This document shows, piece after piece, positions 44,412 to 53,605 of a stretch of 64,000 nt of DNA. This DNA is from Perkinsela sp. CCAP 1560/9 (lineage: Eukaryota > Protista > Euglenozoa: Kinetoplastea). Position 1 is the first letter of the stretch. Every line of letters starts with the position of its first letter. The DNA is taken from NCBI GenBank assembly GCA_965644495.1, contig CBFFSA010000006.1:248001-312000 (forward strand), given 5' to 3'. Position numbers and translations under genes: made by a program. Below the pieces are notes generated by a model. That model was not told the DNA's origin, made no database searches, and saw nothing but the letters and a program-made list of their open reading frames with translations.

Positions 44412-45029
44412 ATGTTAAATTTAGTGTTCCGTTCTACGTTGGAATTTCCTACAAAAGACGTAAGCTACACTTCTACTCGTTTAGGACGCGTGCGTGCTGC
44501 ATTACCACAGGAATATAAACTTTTGAAGTTCATCGAAAACGTATCTAACCGACATACATCGTGGAAGGCTGATACCCCGGCTTGCGAGTGGGATGGAGTA
44601 ACCTGTAATGAAGAAGGCAAAGTTGTGAAAATTCGTTGGCAAAATCGCCTTCTAGAAGGCTCACTTGAATGGAAGAACCTACCCGATACACTTCTTGAAT
44701 TGAGCATGCATTCAAACAATCTCTTTGGTAGTATTGTGTTAGAAGATTTACCACCCCACCTCGAGTACCTCAGTCTAGGCACCAATCACTTCACCGGAGG
44801 TGTTACTCTTCAAGCTATGCCAAAGACAATGAAGAAACTTCTAATCGGTAACAATGAGCTTTCCGGTTCCATTCGCTTTGGTGATTTGCCGGATAATTTA
44901 TGCTTTTTGTATCTAGCGGATAATGCCGATCTTTCGGGCACTCTGATGCCTTCAGAATTGTCTCCAACACTTGAGGCTTCAGTTTATACTGACCGTACCA
45001 AAATAATAACAATGCTTAGTACAATGTGA
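44412..45029 (+). CDS. Short LRR protein (RLGRV subfamily)
   Basis: Close paralog. Confidence 0.9.
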   Translation: MLNLVFRSTLEFPTKDVSYTSTRLGRVRAALPQEYKLLKFIENVSNRHTSWKADTPACEWDGVTCNEEGKVVKIRWQNRLLEGSLEWKNLPDTLLELSMHSNNLFGSIVLEDLPPHLEYLSLGTNHFTGGVTLQAMPKTMKKLLIGNNELSGSIRFGDLPDNLCFLYLADNADLSGTLMPSELSPTLEASVYTDRTKIITMLSTM

Positions 45030-45405
45030 ATGGCACAAACAATTGTGATAAGCTTCGATTAAAACTTTCTGATTACTCATTTGAGCTGTTTATGTTTGAA
45101 CTGCACTGGGTAGAATGGCCGATTTTTCAACCCATAGCGCTATGGATTCTTTGTTTATACAAAGTATTATACCGTCGTAAATTTATGGAAAACTGTGTGC
45201 GAGTATGAAGAATTGAGAACAGAAGTATCGTAAGGCTGGACTTTGAAATAAAGTCTTCGTTACTGGTTTTTCATTTCCCTTGCATTTTTTCATAACCATG
45301 CTACAAGGGTGCAGTAATGTTTACATGCTGAAAATCATATTTTGATGAACCACATGATTGCTTCGATGATATATCAAGTATTGTGGCATTGGTGAAAATG
45401 CGTCG

Positions 45406-46701
45406 ATGTTCCATCGCTACTTTGCTTTGTTTGCTGTCCTCTGGTCAATAGCGTCGTTCATTCACGTAACACATTCGCGATCTGTCTGTATCACAGAAAA
45501 AAGGAGCACCGTAGGTGCATATTTCTCTGTTTGCGAAAGCGGTTCCATTATTCGATCACTTTCAAGAGAGTCCAAGACTTTGTGCGTTACTGTCATCCGA
45601 AATCTACCTTTATCCACTTTTAACATAACCTTACCTTTTTTAAACGTTCATGGTCAGAAGTCTCTACTGTACATCTGCTATACTCGTTCCGGCGGCGCAC
45701 ACTTTCCGTCGAACATTGAAATAAGTGCCTTTCCATTCGGATATGACCGAAATCACAAATTGCTCATCGAGAAGCAAACTTTTGAATCCAATGCTGGCGG
45801 ACTAGAAGAAAAGACGCTGTATATTCCAACACGAGCCTTGAAGCATGTGTATCGTTCTAAAAGTCGAATTCTTTATTCGGCCTTTACCATTTTTCGCTGT
45901 AAATCAAAGTGCCGCAATGTTTTGGTTGGTAATTCTTCAAGGGACTTCAGAATGCAACGAAATGCACATACCTCTATGCCATACATGTATATGAAAAAAG
46001 TGCATCGGAATAATTGCTGGATAGCACGGACATCTCGAATACGCGCACCACGTGAAGTGCTTCTGCACTCTTCAGCCAAGTTTCGAGAGGAGTTTCTGAA
46101 TCGGAGAACCAAGGCGTTTGCAATAGAGACACGTGAAAAGTCAGCACCGGGTGCTATGACATCAACGCAGTCATATTTAAGCGATAGATTGCGTCTGCCC
46201 CAGAAGTCCAGTTACTATCCTACAAATCGCCCGATGTCAAAAAAGGAAAGCTTGATGATTTGCACTTATCCTATTTATCGAGCACAATTGTTGCGTGTCG
46301 CTAGAGGTAAACCTGTGAGGTCCAGTAAACTTTTTCTGAATGCACGCATCTCACCCTGCAAACTAGAAGTATTACAGAAATTGAAGAGTTTCACGCAATG
46401 TCATCGTCATGCATCATCGGAAGACTCTACATTGAGAACTCATAACCGTTCGACACGCTATGCTACGATATACCCTTGCACTTTTTTTCAGGGAAACAGA
46501 GAAAAGTTTGTTTCAAAACACGCACAGGACCCGCATTTTCAAAGTGGCGTTAAATCTAAGTCTTATCCTGATGGGAGATGTCCACATATCATATTTACAC
46601 TTCTCAGTTTGTTATTACTTCTAATTTTAATATCTTCGGTGAAATATGAACCATGCCCAAGAGAGCTCGACGGGCTCATTATTCTGCGATCCAAGTTATG
46701 A
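45406..46701 (+). CDS. Orphan basic protein with signal peptide and C-terminal TM segment
   Basis: Hydrophobic N-terminus; IIFTLLSLLLLLILISSV near the end. Confidence 0.6.
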   Translation: MFHRYFALFAVLWSIASFIHVTHSRSVCITEKRSTVGAYFSVCESGSIIRSLSRESKTLCVTVIRNLPLSTFNITLPFLNVHGQKSLLYICYTRSGGAHFPSNIEISAFPFGYDRNHKLLIEKQTFESNAGGLEEKTLYIPTRALKHVYRSKSRILYSAFTIFRCKSKCRNVLVGNSSRDFRMQRNAHTSMPYMYMKKVHRNNCWIARTSRIRAPREVLLHSSAKFREEFLNRRTKAFAIETREKSAPGAMTSTQSYLSDRLRLPQKSSYYPTNRPMSKKESLMICTYPIYRAQLLRVARGKPVRSSKLFLNARISPCKLEVLQKLKSFTQCHRHASSEDSTLRTHNRSTRYATIYPCTFFQGNREKFVSKHAQDPHFQSGVKSKSYPDGRCPHIIFTLLSLLLLLILISSVKYEPCPRELDGLIILRSKL

Positions 46702-47318
46702 ATGTTGTATGACTGCTGTTCGACAGAGCCACTTAAATTATTTTTACGTATTAAATATCAAAAACCTCTTTTATATCGCGATATTTTTATTTTTAATTTC
46801 TGTGTGCTATAGTGATTACTACTACCTTGCCTACATTACCTGCTCGCATTTAATTTCTTGCTATTTGCATCCGTATTGCCTCACGTATTTTCACCATCCG
46901 TGTTATCAGTTTTAGACTAGCTTTCTACTATTTTTTCACGGATTTTGCCAGTCCCTTTGAAAGCACGTTTGTCCGGGTTTTGGGCAAAGTTACCCTTCGT
47001 TTTATAAGTTACCCTACGTTGTATAAGTTACCATAAATTGTATATGTTAAATTTTGAATTTACGCCCTTTATGTGACATTGATGGAAAATGCAATTTCAG
47101 TGATATGATATCGAAATTGGTAATGTAAACTATTCTTTGCTTGACTTTTATAAGCACGTTCGACAGGGTATAAAATTGTCAGTTTTTGTCGAAAACACTT
47201 TAGAAAATGGGGGCCACACTTACGTTCCGCTCGTATATTCGAAACCAGACCCAAATACTTATAGCCAAGCCCTCAATATACCTTCCCAGAGCTTTTTCTT
47301 TCGGAGAACTACATTTCA

Positions 47319-47432
47319 GTATAAGGGTTGACCCCCTCAAAGTGGGCTAAAACAGGCAAAAATGATGATTTTTGCCCCGAAACGCCCATTTTTGGGCAAA
47401 AAATGCCATTTTCAGGGGGGTACCCCTTATAC
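47319..47432. mobile_element. Nested ~114-bp inverted-repeat element
   Basis: GTATAAGGGTTGACCCCCTCAAAGTGG ... CCATTTTCAGGGGGGTACCCCTTATAC. Confidence 0.5.
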
Positions 47433-47792
47433 ATTAAATCCTCGTTTGTGAAAAAAGTGGTACAGGAAGAGTCTTTGAGGCCTAGTCTCGCTCGTACATG
47501 GGACTTTGAGTCAAATAAGAACTTGGCTTAAAAAGCGTGCAACTTACGAAAAGTGTTTTTTCCAGGCACTTTCAGGGGGTGTGCAAGCCATGAGAAAGTA
47601 ACCATAAATTGCATAAGTTACCCTAAATTGCATAGGATGAGGCCACAAAACGATGACCTCTATAGCGGGTCACTCCAACACTCATGACACATAAATGCGA
47701 GTGGAACACTGACAATACTGAGCATCACGTCATCTTCCCTCTTCCGCATGACTGTGAATCGTATGCTGTGTGACTGTTCACTTGCCACCACT

Positions 47793-48255
47793 CGCACATT
47801 GATAATGTTTAGTTAAGGAACCCAATAAATTCACCTTTGCTCCCGGTGAGGCCCCGGAGTTGCGTGAAGGCCTCCATACCCCACAACTACCACCTTCCCC
47901 CCCTATTTAGCGGGAGTCGCGCGAGCGACCCCTGATAAACGGGGGGAAGGTGGTAATTGTTTTGGGGGAAATGAGAGGCCGAACGCACGGAGGGGACGGC
48001 CGGGTCAATGAACCCAGGCCTTGTTTTTGTGCTACAAATGTGGTATGCATTATTAATGTGCTATATGCATTATCAATGTGCGGGCGCCGTCTAGAGTCAA
48101 GGCCCAACTGTGAGCGTAGCCCACTTCTAGAAGCAAAAGCCCCCGTTTGCGAACAAGGCCCAACTTCGAGCGTAGCCCTGGGACAGAATTATATTTTTCA
48201 GCGCCCCCGCGCGCTGGAGCGCGCGGGGGCGCGCACTGAAAACCTATGTCTGCCC
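47793..48255. ncRNA. Candidate structured RNA/ssDNA core of the foldback element
   Basis: ~290-nt bulged rod capped by a GCGA loop, 25-bp direct repeat pair, 15-bp GC hairpin. Confidence 0.4.
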
Positions 48256-48577
48256 TTTCCGCAGGATTGTGTATTGTTTTACTATGCGGTGTGACCATGC
48301 AATTTTAGGTAACTTATACAATTTGTGGTAACTGATACAATCTATGGTTACTTTCCAAAACCCTATTTTCGCATACAATTTGTGGAAACTTATACAATTT
48401 ATGGTAACTTATACAATTTATGGTAAATTTCCCCCGGGTTTTGACGGATTTTGATGACATAGCGCGGTACGTATACGTGTGCACAAAATTTCTCAAATTT
48501 ATATTATTCCAACGATCCTTCACCTACGACATGAGATTCATATTTCTTTGATTCCTATTTCACATCTTTGCACAACC

Positions 48578-50365
48578 ATGGAAGAACTCAATGAAATCAA
48601 AGAGCTATTCGCCGGGGTGTGTCCCCGTGTCCAGTGGAGCCTTATGGAACCCACAACTCGTATCCCGCCCATGATGGTTCCCCCTATTTCCATTAGTGAG
48701 AAATATGCCACCTACACGCGAAATTCCCTGGATGACGAATATCTCCGCGCCCTGCCGAAACGCGTGTTTAACAAGATTGATGTTACGGCAATGCTGGACA
48801 CGGACAAGATGGAGCAAAACTACACGTATTTCCCGGAGGGACAACATCCACCCCCTTCTCTTCGAGATATTCTTCACCGACATTGGGATGACGCGCCGGT
48901 CCCCGAGGTGTTCTTGTGGGAGCCCATCTACACGGAGCTCAAAGGGGAGGATAATGAGGGACTCGCAGGGGTGGTGACATCGAATGGAAGTCCACGAAAT
49001 GTTTCCTATACCACCTCGACGCGGCCCATAAGTGCCGCGCAGGATTTGACGGGGCTGGAGGATAGGGCGAAGTGGATAGACAGTGGTGAGGAGTGGGTTC
49101 GAGGCGTTAATCGTACGTTTCAGAGAGCAGCCGCAGTGGATAGAGAGTGGCGCTCCTATTTGACGAATATTCGTGAAGACCGGTTGGGTATAACACAGGT
49201 CTCCAGTTGCGCGGGAAATTCTAGTGAAGAAATGGACAATGCAATCGAGAGTCTCGTACACGACCTGAATAACAGCATGACCTCACAAAAGGAAATCAAT
49301 CCTTCGGAAATGAAAAGTGGAGCTGTGGAAAATGTCTCTGGTGAAACCCCATCGGATATCTTACTGGAACCATCTCATCACACAGCTCTACGTCTAGCAC
49401 GGCGTATGAAATCGGAAATTGACCAATTTGGACGTCCATCTGAAGCATTTTCTCGTGATCTAACGCTGTATTACCTTCAGTGCTGTATAGGCCTCCCTAA
49501 GAGTGTACACATTTGGCTGCCCTTCATAAATCCAGACACACTTCCCTTAATTAATGAGAGGAGCCCAAATACAGGCGCAATAACACGGTTTCATGTGCTT
49601 TATAAAACGCTTATGAAGTTGAATGACCTACATTCCGAATGGTATACGAAGCAATGTAATTTAGCACCTCTCGGTGATTTCGTCAATGAAACTCCGTCTG
49701 TAGACTCACAGCCTACGCAGCCTATGTCCCTGACACAGACTCAGACAACATCTACATCCGCTACTACTACCTCCACACCACAGACTTTGAATTCTCAAGC
49801 AACAGATGCAAACATTGTGAGCGCGACCCCCTTCAAAGATTTCCGCTATCTCAGGCATCCCTCTGGGTCGCGATCCATCAAGCCTCTCTCCGTGCTTCCC
49901 ATCCATGTCCTCCCAGAAGGGGAGCACGATGTTGTGCTGCGGGTAGCTAACCCGGAACTCCTCCCCCTGCGTCGTATGCTACAGGGCTCCGCGTTCGCCG
50001 CAATCGAACGGGCTGCGGTTGGAGGTGGCACGTTGTTAGAAATGTTCACTTCCCAAACAGAAGAGTCGGAAGAACCAATTTCAAACGAAGCGGCAGAGTT
50101 CGAGCAAAGTGCTATTTCGGATTCAGTCACAGGCGCGGCGACCCCAGGGATGATAGAGACGCACACCGTACGGTCAATGCGGTTGTTTGAGTCACACACG
50201 GTGGTGAAACCGATGCCGTTACACGAGCGGGTCCGCTACATGGCAATGGCGCCGAGTCCGGAGGGTAAATCCATGCTAGCGTGGAACGTAGGGTCCGCCG
50301 CAGAGGTATCGCATTTTACAAACCAGGAGGCGCGCGATATGGTTCGCACGCTAGTTTTAGAATAG
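48578..50365 (+). CDS. Putative divergent Paf1-like protein
   Basis: Colinear Paf1-like motifs KYATYTRNSLD, VNRTFQRA, RHPS..IKPLSVLPI. Confidence 0.5.
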   Translation: MEELNEIKELFAGVCPRVQWSLMEPTTRIPPMMVPPISISEKYATYTRNSLDDEYLRALPKRVFNKIDVTAMLDTDKMEQNYTYFPEGQHPPPSLRDILHRHWDDAPVPEVFLWEPIYTELKGEDNEGLAGVVTSNGSPRNVSYTTSTRPISAAQDLTGLEDRAKWIDSGEEWVRGVNRTFQRAAAVDREWRSYLTNIREDRLGITQVSSCAGNSSEEMDNAIESLVHDLNNSMTSQKEINPSEMKSGAVENVSGETPSDILLEPSHHTALRLARRMKSEIDQFGRPSEAFSRDLTLYYLQCCIGLPKSVHIWLPFINPDTLPLINERSPNTGAITRFHVLYKTLMKLNDLHSEWYTKQCNLAPLGDFVNETPSVDSQPTQPMSLTQTQTTSTSATTTSTPQTLNSQATDANIVSATPFKDFRYLRHPSGSRSIKPLSVLPIHVLPEGEHDVVLRVANPELLPLRRMLQGSAFAAIERAAVGGGTLLEMFTSQTEESEEPISNEAAEFEQSAISDSVTGAATPGMIETHTVRSMRLFESHTVVKPMPLHERVRYMAMAPSPEGKSMLAWNVGSAAEVSHFTNQEARDMVRTLVLE

Positions 50366-50595
50366 TGAGAAGGATGGTCACGAAGGCAGCCAACGTTCTC
50401 TGCATGGACTGTATGGAGTTCTCTTGTTACCACAGCTCTTTTCTCCTTGCTGGAAAACTATGCCAAACACCAAAAATACTGTAATATCGTTTGATGTGAG
50501 TATTATTCACTTTAAGTCCCTACTGAGCTTTGAAAACCAGAAACTCTCTTTAAAAAACACAAAACACCCTTTGCGTTATTTCAAATTTTCTTCTC

Positions 50596-51687
50596 ATGTC
50601 AACGGACAAGACCCCCTCCTACCCCTCCCCAACCCCCCCATCTCTCCCCTCCCCCCCGTCCCCTACGCCCCCTCCTCCTCACCCCACCCCCCTCCACGAC
50701 CTCACCGACCCACTCCACCACCTCCCCTCCCTCGATGCCCCCCCTCCCCACCCCCCACGCACCACCACCACGGGATCCCCCGTAATCCCCCCCTCCCCCC
50801 CTCCCCCCCTCCCCCAGCTCCCGTACCTCACCTCCCCCTCCCCCCTCCCCGCCGCCACCACCGGCGGCTCCCTCCTCCCCCTCACCTTCTCCGCCCCCCT
50901 GGACCCCGGCCTCATGCCCTACTGCCTCCGCCTCGGCTCCCCCACCGGGCGCCGCCTCCTCCCCTGCTCCGTGCTCAACCCCTCCACGCTGCTCTTCGTG
51001 GCCCCCGCCCACCCCCTCGGGTGTGTCAGCCTCACCGTGCTCTGCGGCCCCGGCCCCGCGGTCCGGCCCTACCCCGGAGGCCGCAGTCTGTGGCTGGAGT
51101 ACGGTGCCCCGGTCCCGGGGGACCCGGAGCGCCGGAACGAGGCCGTGCTGCGGGAGCTGCAGCAGGTGGTGAGGGTGCTGACGACGCAGAGTGGTGGGGG
51201 TGGGGGTGGGGGTACGACTACGGTGGAGACAAGAGAGCCGCCCTCGAGGTTAACCTGTCATGAGGTGAATTTCATCAACTCTTTGACGTATATTGACCGT
51301 CCCGCGGCGTCGGTTTCGCAGATCTCGGAGATGGGGGAGAGTAAGGGGGAGGAGTGCGGTGGGGATGATCTGGCGAGTCTGGAGGAGGAGATGGGGGAAG
51401 GGGGGGAGGTTAGTCGGGAGCCGTGGGCTCGAGGAAGCTCACCGGTTTCGTCGGGGAGAACGCCGAATGGGGGTTCTGCGCCGTTGTCGTTGACAAAGGA
51501 AATGTTAGAGCAGCTCACTAAAGCGCAGAATATTTTCTTGCAACCACTGATGCGGACACCGTACATGAGTACACAAACACATGACGTTCCTTCGGGGGAT
51601 GTGGACGACAATTCCAGTCGGTACACGTACACCAATAGCGTGGTGCCTCCGAGTTCGCCGCGTGACATACTTTCTTCAACAATGTAA
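50596..51687 (+). CDS. IPT/TIG-domain protein with Pro-rich N-terminus
   Basis: SP..A.TTGG..L....VLNPSTLLFVAPAHPLGCVSLTV. Confidence 0.7.
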   Translation: MSTDKTPSYPSPTPPSLPSPPSPTPPPPHPTPLHDLTDPLHHLPSLDAPPPHPPRTTTTGSPVIPPSPPPPLPQLPYLTSPSPLPAATTGGSLLPLTFSAPLDPGLMPYCLRLGSPTGRRLLPCSVLNPSTLLFVAPAHPLGCVSLTVLCGPGPAVRPYPGGRSLWLEYGAPVPGDPERRNEAVLRELQQVVRVLTTQSGGGGGGGTTTVETREPPSRLTCHEVNFINSLTYIDRPAASVSQISEMGESKGEECGGDDLASLEEEMGEGGEVSREPWARGSSPVSSGRTPNGGSAPLSLTKEMLEQLTKAQNIFLQPLMRTPYMSTQTHDVPSGDVDDNSSRYTYTNSVVPPSSPRDILSSTM

Positions 51688-51961
51688 AAAAGAAAATTGC
51701 TTGCTAGTTTGTTCTGTATATTTTAGGGGAATGTCATTGGGAGTGATTTGTCTTCTAAGAATCCGCAAGCATGCATACTGCTTGCCGATGAATTTAGTAA
51801 AGAGTCGTACACATTTCCATTCTAGAGCCCGAATAACTAAACCGTTAGTTACATAACCGTTACATAAACCGCATTCTTGGAACGTAAGTGTGGCTTTTTT
51901 TGTAAATGTTCTCGTCGTCAATGCGCTTGCCTTATTTCTTTCTGAATGTCGTTCTTTCATC

Positions 51962-52438
51962 ATGAATTTTAGCACTCGTCTCCTTAAAGAGTGTCGCGAG
52001 GCTTCACTCTCCACCGATACGGATATTGTGCTCCGTTGTACCAGCAATGACATGTTACAGTGGGAAGCGAAACTCCGGGGTCCTACGGACACCCCTTATG
52101 CTGGAGGTCAATTTCACCTTGTGCTTCAACTTCCTAAAGACTATCCCATGGCTCCACCCCTTGTCCGGTTTCGCACGCTCATGTTTCACCCAAACATACA
52201 CCCCATCCACGGGGAGGTCTGCTTAGATATTTTGAAATCTGACTGGACCCCTGTGTGGACACTGCGTAGTGTATGTCGGGCAACACAAACATTACTGGCC
52301 CACCCGGATCCGGAGAGTCCGTTGAACTGTGATGCAGGCAACGCACTGCGAGCAGGGGATGAGGTTGCTTTTCATAGTTTAGCAAGGTATTACACGCTCA
52401 CCTACGCTACCGAGAAAGGGCAAAAAGAAGGGAATTGA
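51962..52438 (+). CDS. PEX4: Ubiquitin-conjugating E2, PEX4-like
   Basis: FHPNIH..GEVCLDILK; WTLRSVCRA..HPDPESPLNCDAGNALRAGD tail matches PEX4/UBC21 type. Confidence 0.75.
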   Translation: MNFSTRLLKECREASLSTDTDIVLRCTSNDMLQWEAKLRGPTDTPYAGGQFHLVLQLPKDYPMAPPLVRFRTLMFHPNIHPIHGEVCLDILKSDWTPVWTLRSVCRATQTLLAHPDPESPLNCDAGNALRAGDEVAFHSLARYYTLTYATEKGQKEGN

Positions 52439-52619
52439 AATTTCTTGTCCTGCAAAATAATACGCATCTTGTATGCTTTCGGAAAATACTGTATAAGTTT
52501 GCACCCGATTTATCTCCACAGTTAGATGCAATATGGAGGGATTTTGAATACAACCATCGTATTTATCGAACCTTTAACAACTTTGTTTTCGTCATAATAT
52601 TTTAAAACCTGTATATATA

Positions 52620-53557
52620 CAGGGGTGCGAATCTAAAGGTGGGGGGGTCTAAAATTCGTAAAAATTGTCCAATTTTGGAAAATAATAGCGCATTGGATAG
52701 CTCTCACAGAGTTGTATGTTTTAGGACAGGTAGCTTCCGGGGTTTGGGGGGTACCCCCCTTTCATGTAAGGGTCAAAAACACATATTGCAATGCTTTAGT
52801 GGTGTCAATAATTTCTGTAATTTGGATTGCAAAAGACAATTAGTAACCACAGTGCCCCCCGTTCCGACTAATAACAATTTCACAACGCTTCCTGAAACTC
52901 TTCAACGTTTTCTGAACCGTTGCAGAGTGGGTCTGTTTCAATTTAAGGAAAGACCCCTCAATAGCGGCTTCCAGTTGCTGTCGATTTCGGGGTCGAAGAA
53001 GATTTTTGTCTGTGTCCATCACAGACCAGAAGATCGCTCCAGCTCTCTACGCCGTAAACAAGGTCATACCCCTCGTCGACAAGCTTAAGATCCACATCCA
53101 GGAACGCAGGGGTAACCACCGTCGAAACACGCTCTCGGGATGCCGTTAACACGTCACCCGTAAGGGTAAAACGTTCAATCCAACGTTTTACAGTGTTCTC
53201 ATGAACACCAAAGTGCTCTGCCGTAGCGGAGTACGATCCTGTGCGCTCGTATTCCGCCACCAAAAGCATGCGGTGGCGCTCTTTGACGGGGCGGGGGAAG
53301 AATACGATCTATCGCTCAGTACTCCACGGGAAGTCCTCGAGCGAGCGCGCTTTTGGGGCATTTTCTAGTAAAAAATGTAATTTCTGCAAGGGAAAAAAGC
53401 GAAATATGGTATCAAAAATATGTACGTTAAAATCGCAGGATTTTAATGCGCCTAAAACATACAACTCTGTGAGAGCTATCCAATGCGCTATTATTTCCCA
53501 AAATTCGACAACTTTTACGAATTTTAGACCCCCCCCACCTTTAGACCCGCACCCCTG
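52620..53557 (-). mobile_element. Internally deleted Tc1/mariner (IS630-Tc1) DNA transposon, 938 bp
   Basis: ~106-bp TIRs (52620-52725 / 53451-53557) starting CAGGGGTG, TA on both sides. Confidence 0.92.
52840..53361 (-). pseudogene. Transposase remnant: HTH plus C-terminus, DDE core deleted, frameshifted
   Basis: SYSATAEHFGVHENTVKRWIERF..TGDV; FWSVM..PRNRQQLEAAI..SFRKRCEIVISRNGGHCGY. Confidence 0.88.
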
Positions 53558-53605
53558 TATTTTTTACTGGTTCCACAACATTATTAGGAGAGTATACGAG
53601 TCAAA

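Larger units (their letters stand above)
46982..48433. mobile_element. Non-autonomous Mutator/foldback-like element, 1452 bp
   Basis: 9-bp TSD CCGGGTTTT (46973-81 and 48434-42), GGG...CCC termini, inverted arrays of the 19-mer TATAAGTTACCATAAATTG. Confidence 0.85.

Noticed and set aside
48098-48178. CRISPR array
   Set aside because: Only two repeats, eukaryotic context, no cas genes
47793-48255. 7SL, U snRNA, tRNA or hammerhead ribozyme
   Set aside because: No diagnostic conserved motifs found by eye
3287-51263. Pro-rich or Gly-rich alternative-frame and antisense ORFs (e.g. 3312..3692, 28308..28652, 50424..51263)
   Set aside because: By-products of the C/G-skewed domains overlapping real genes
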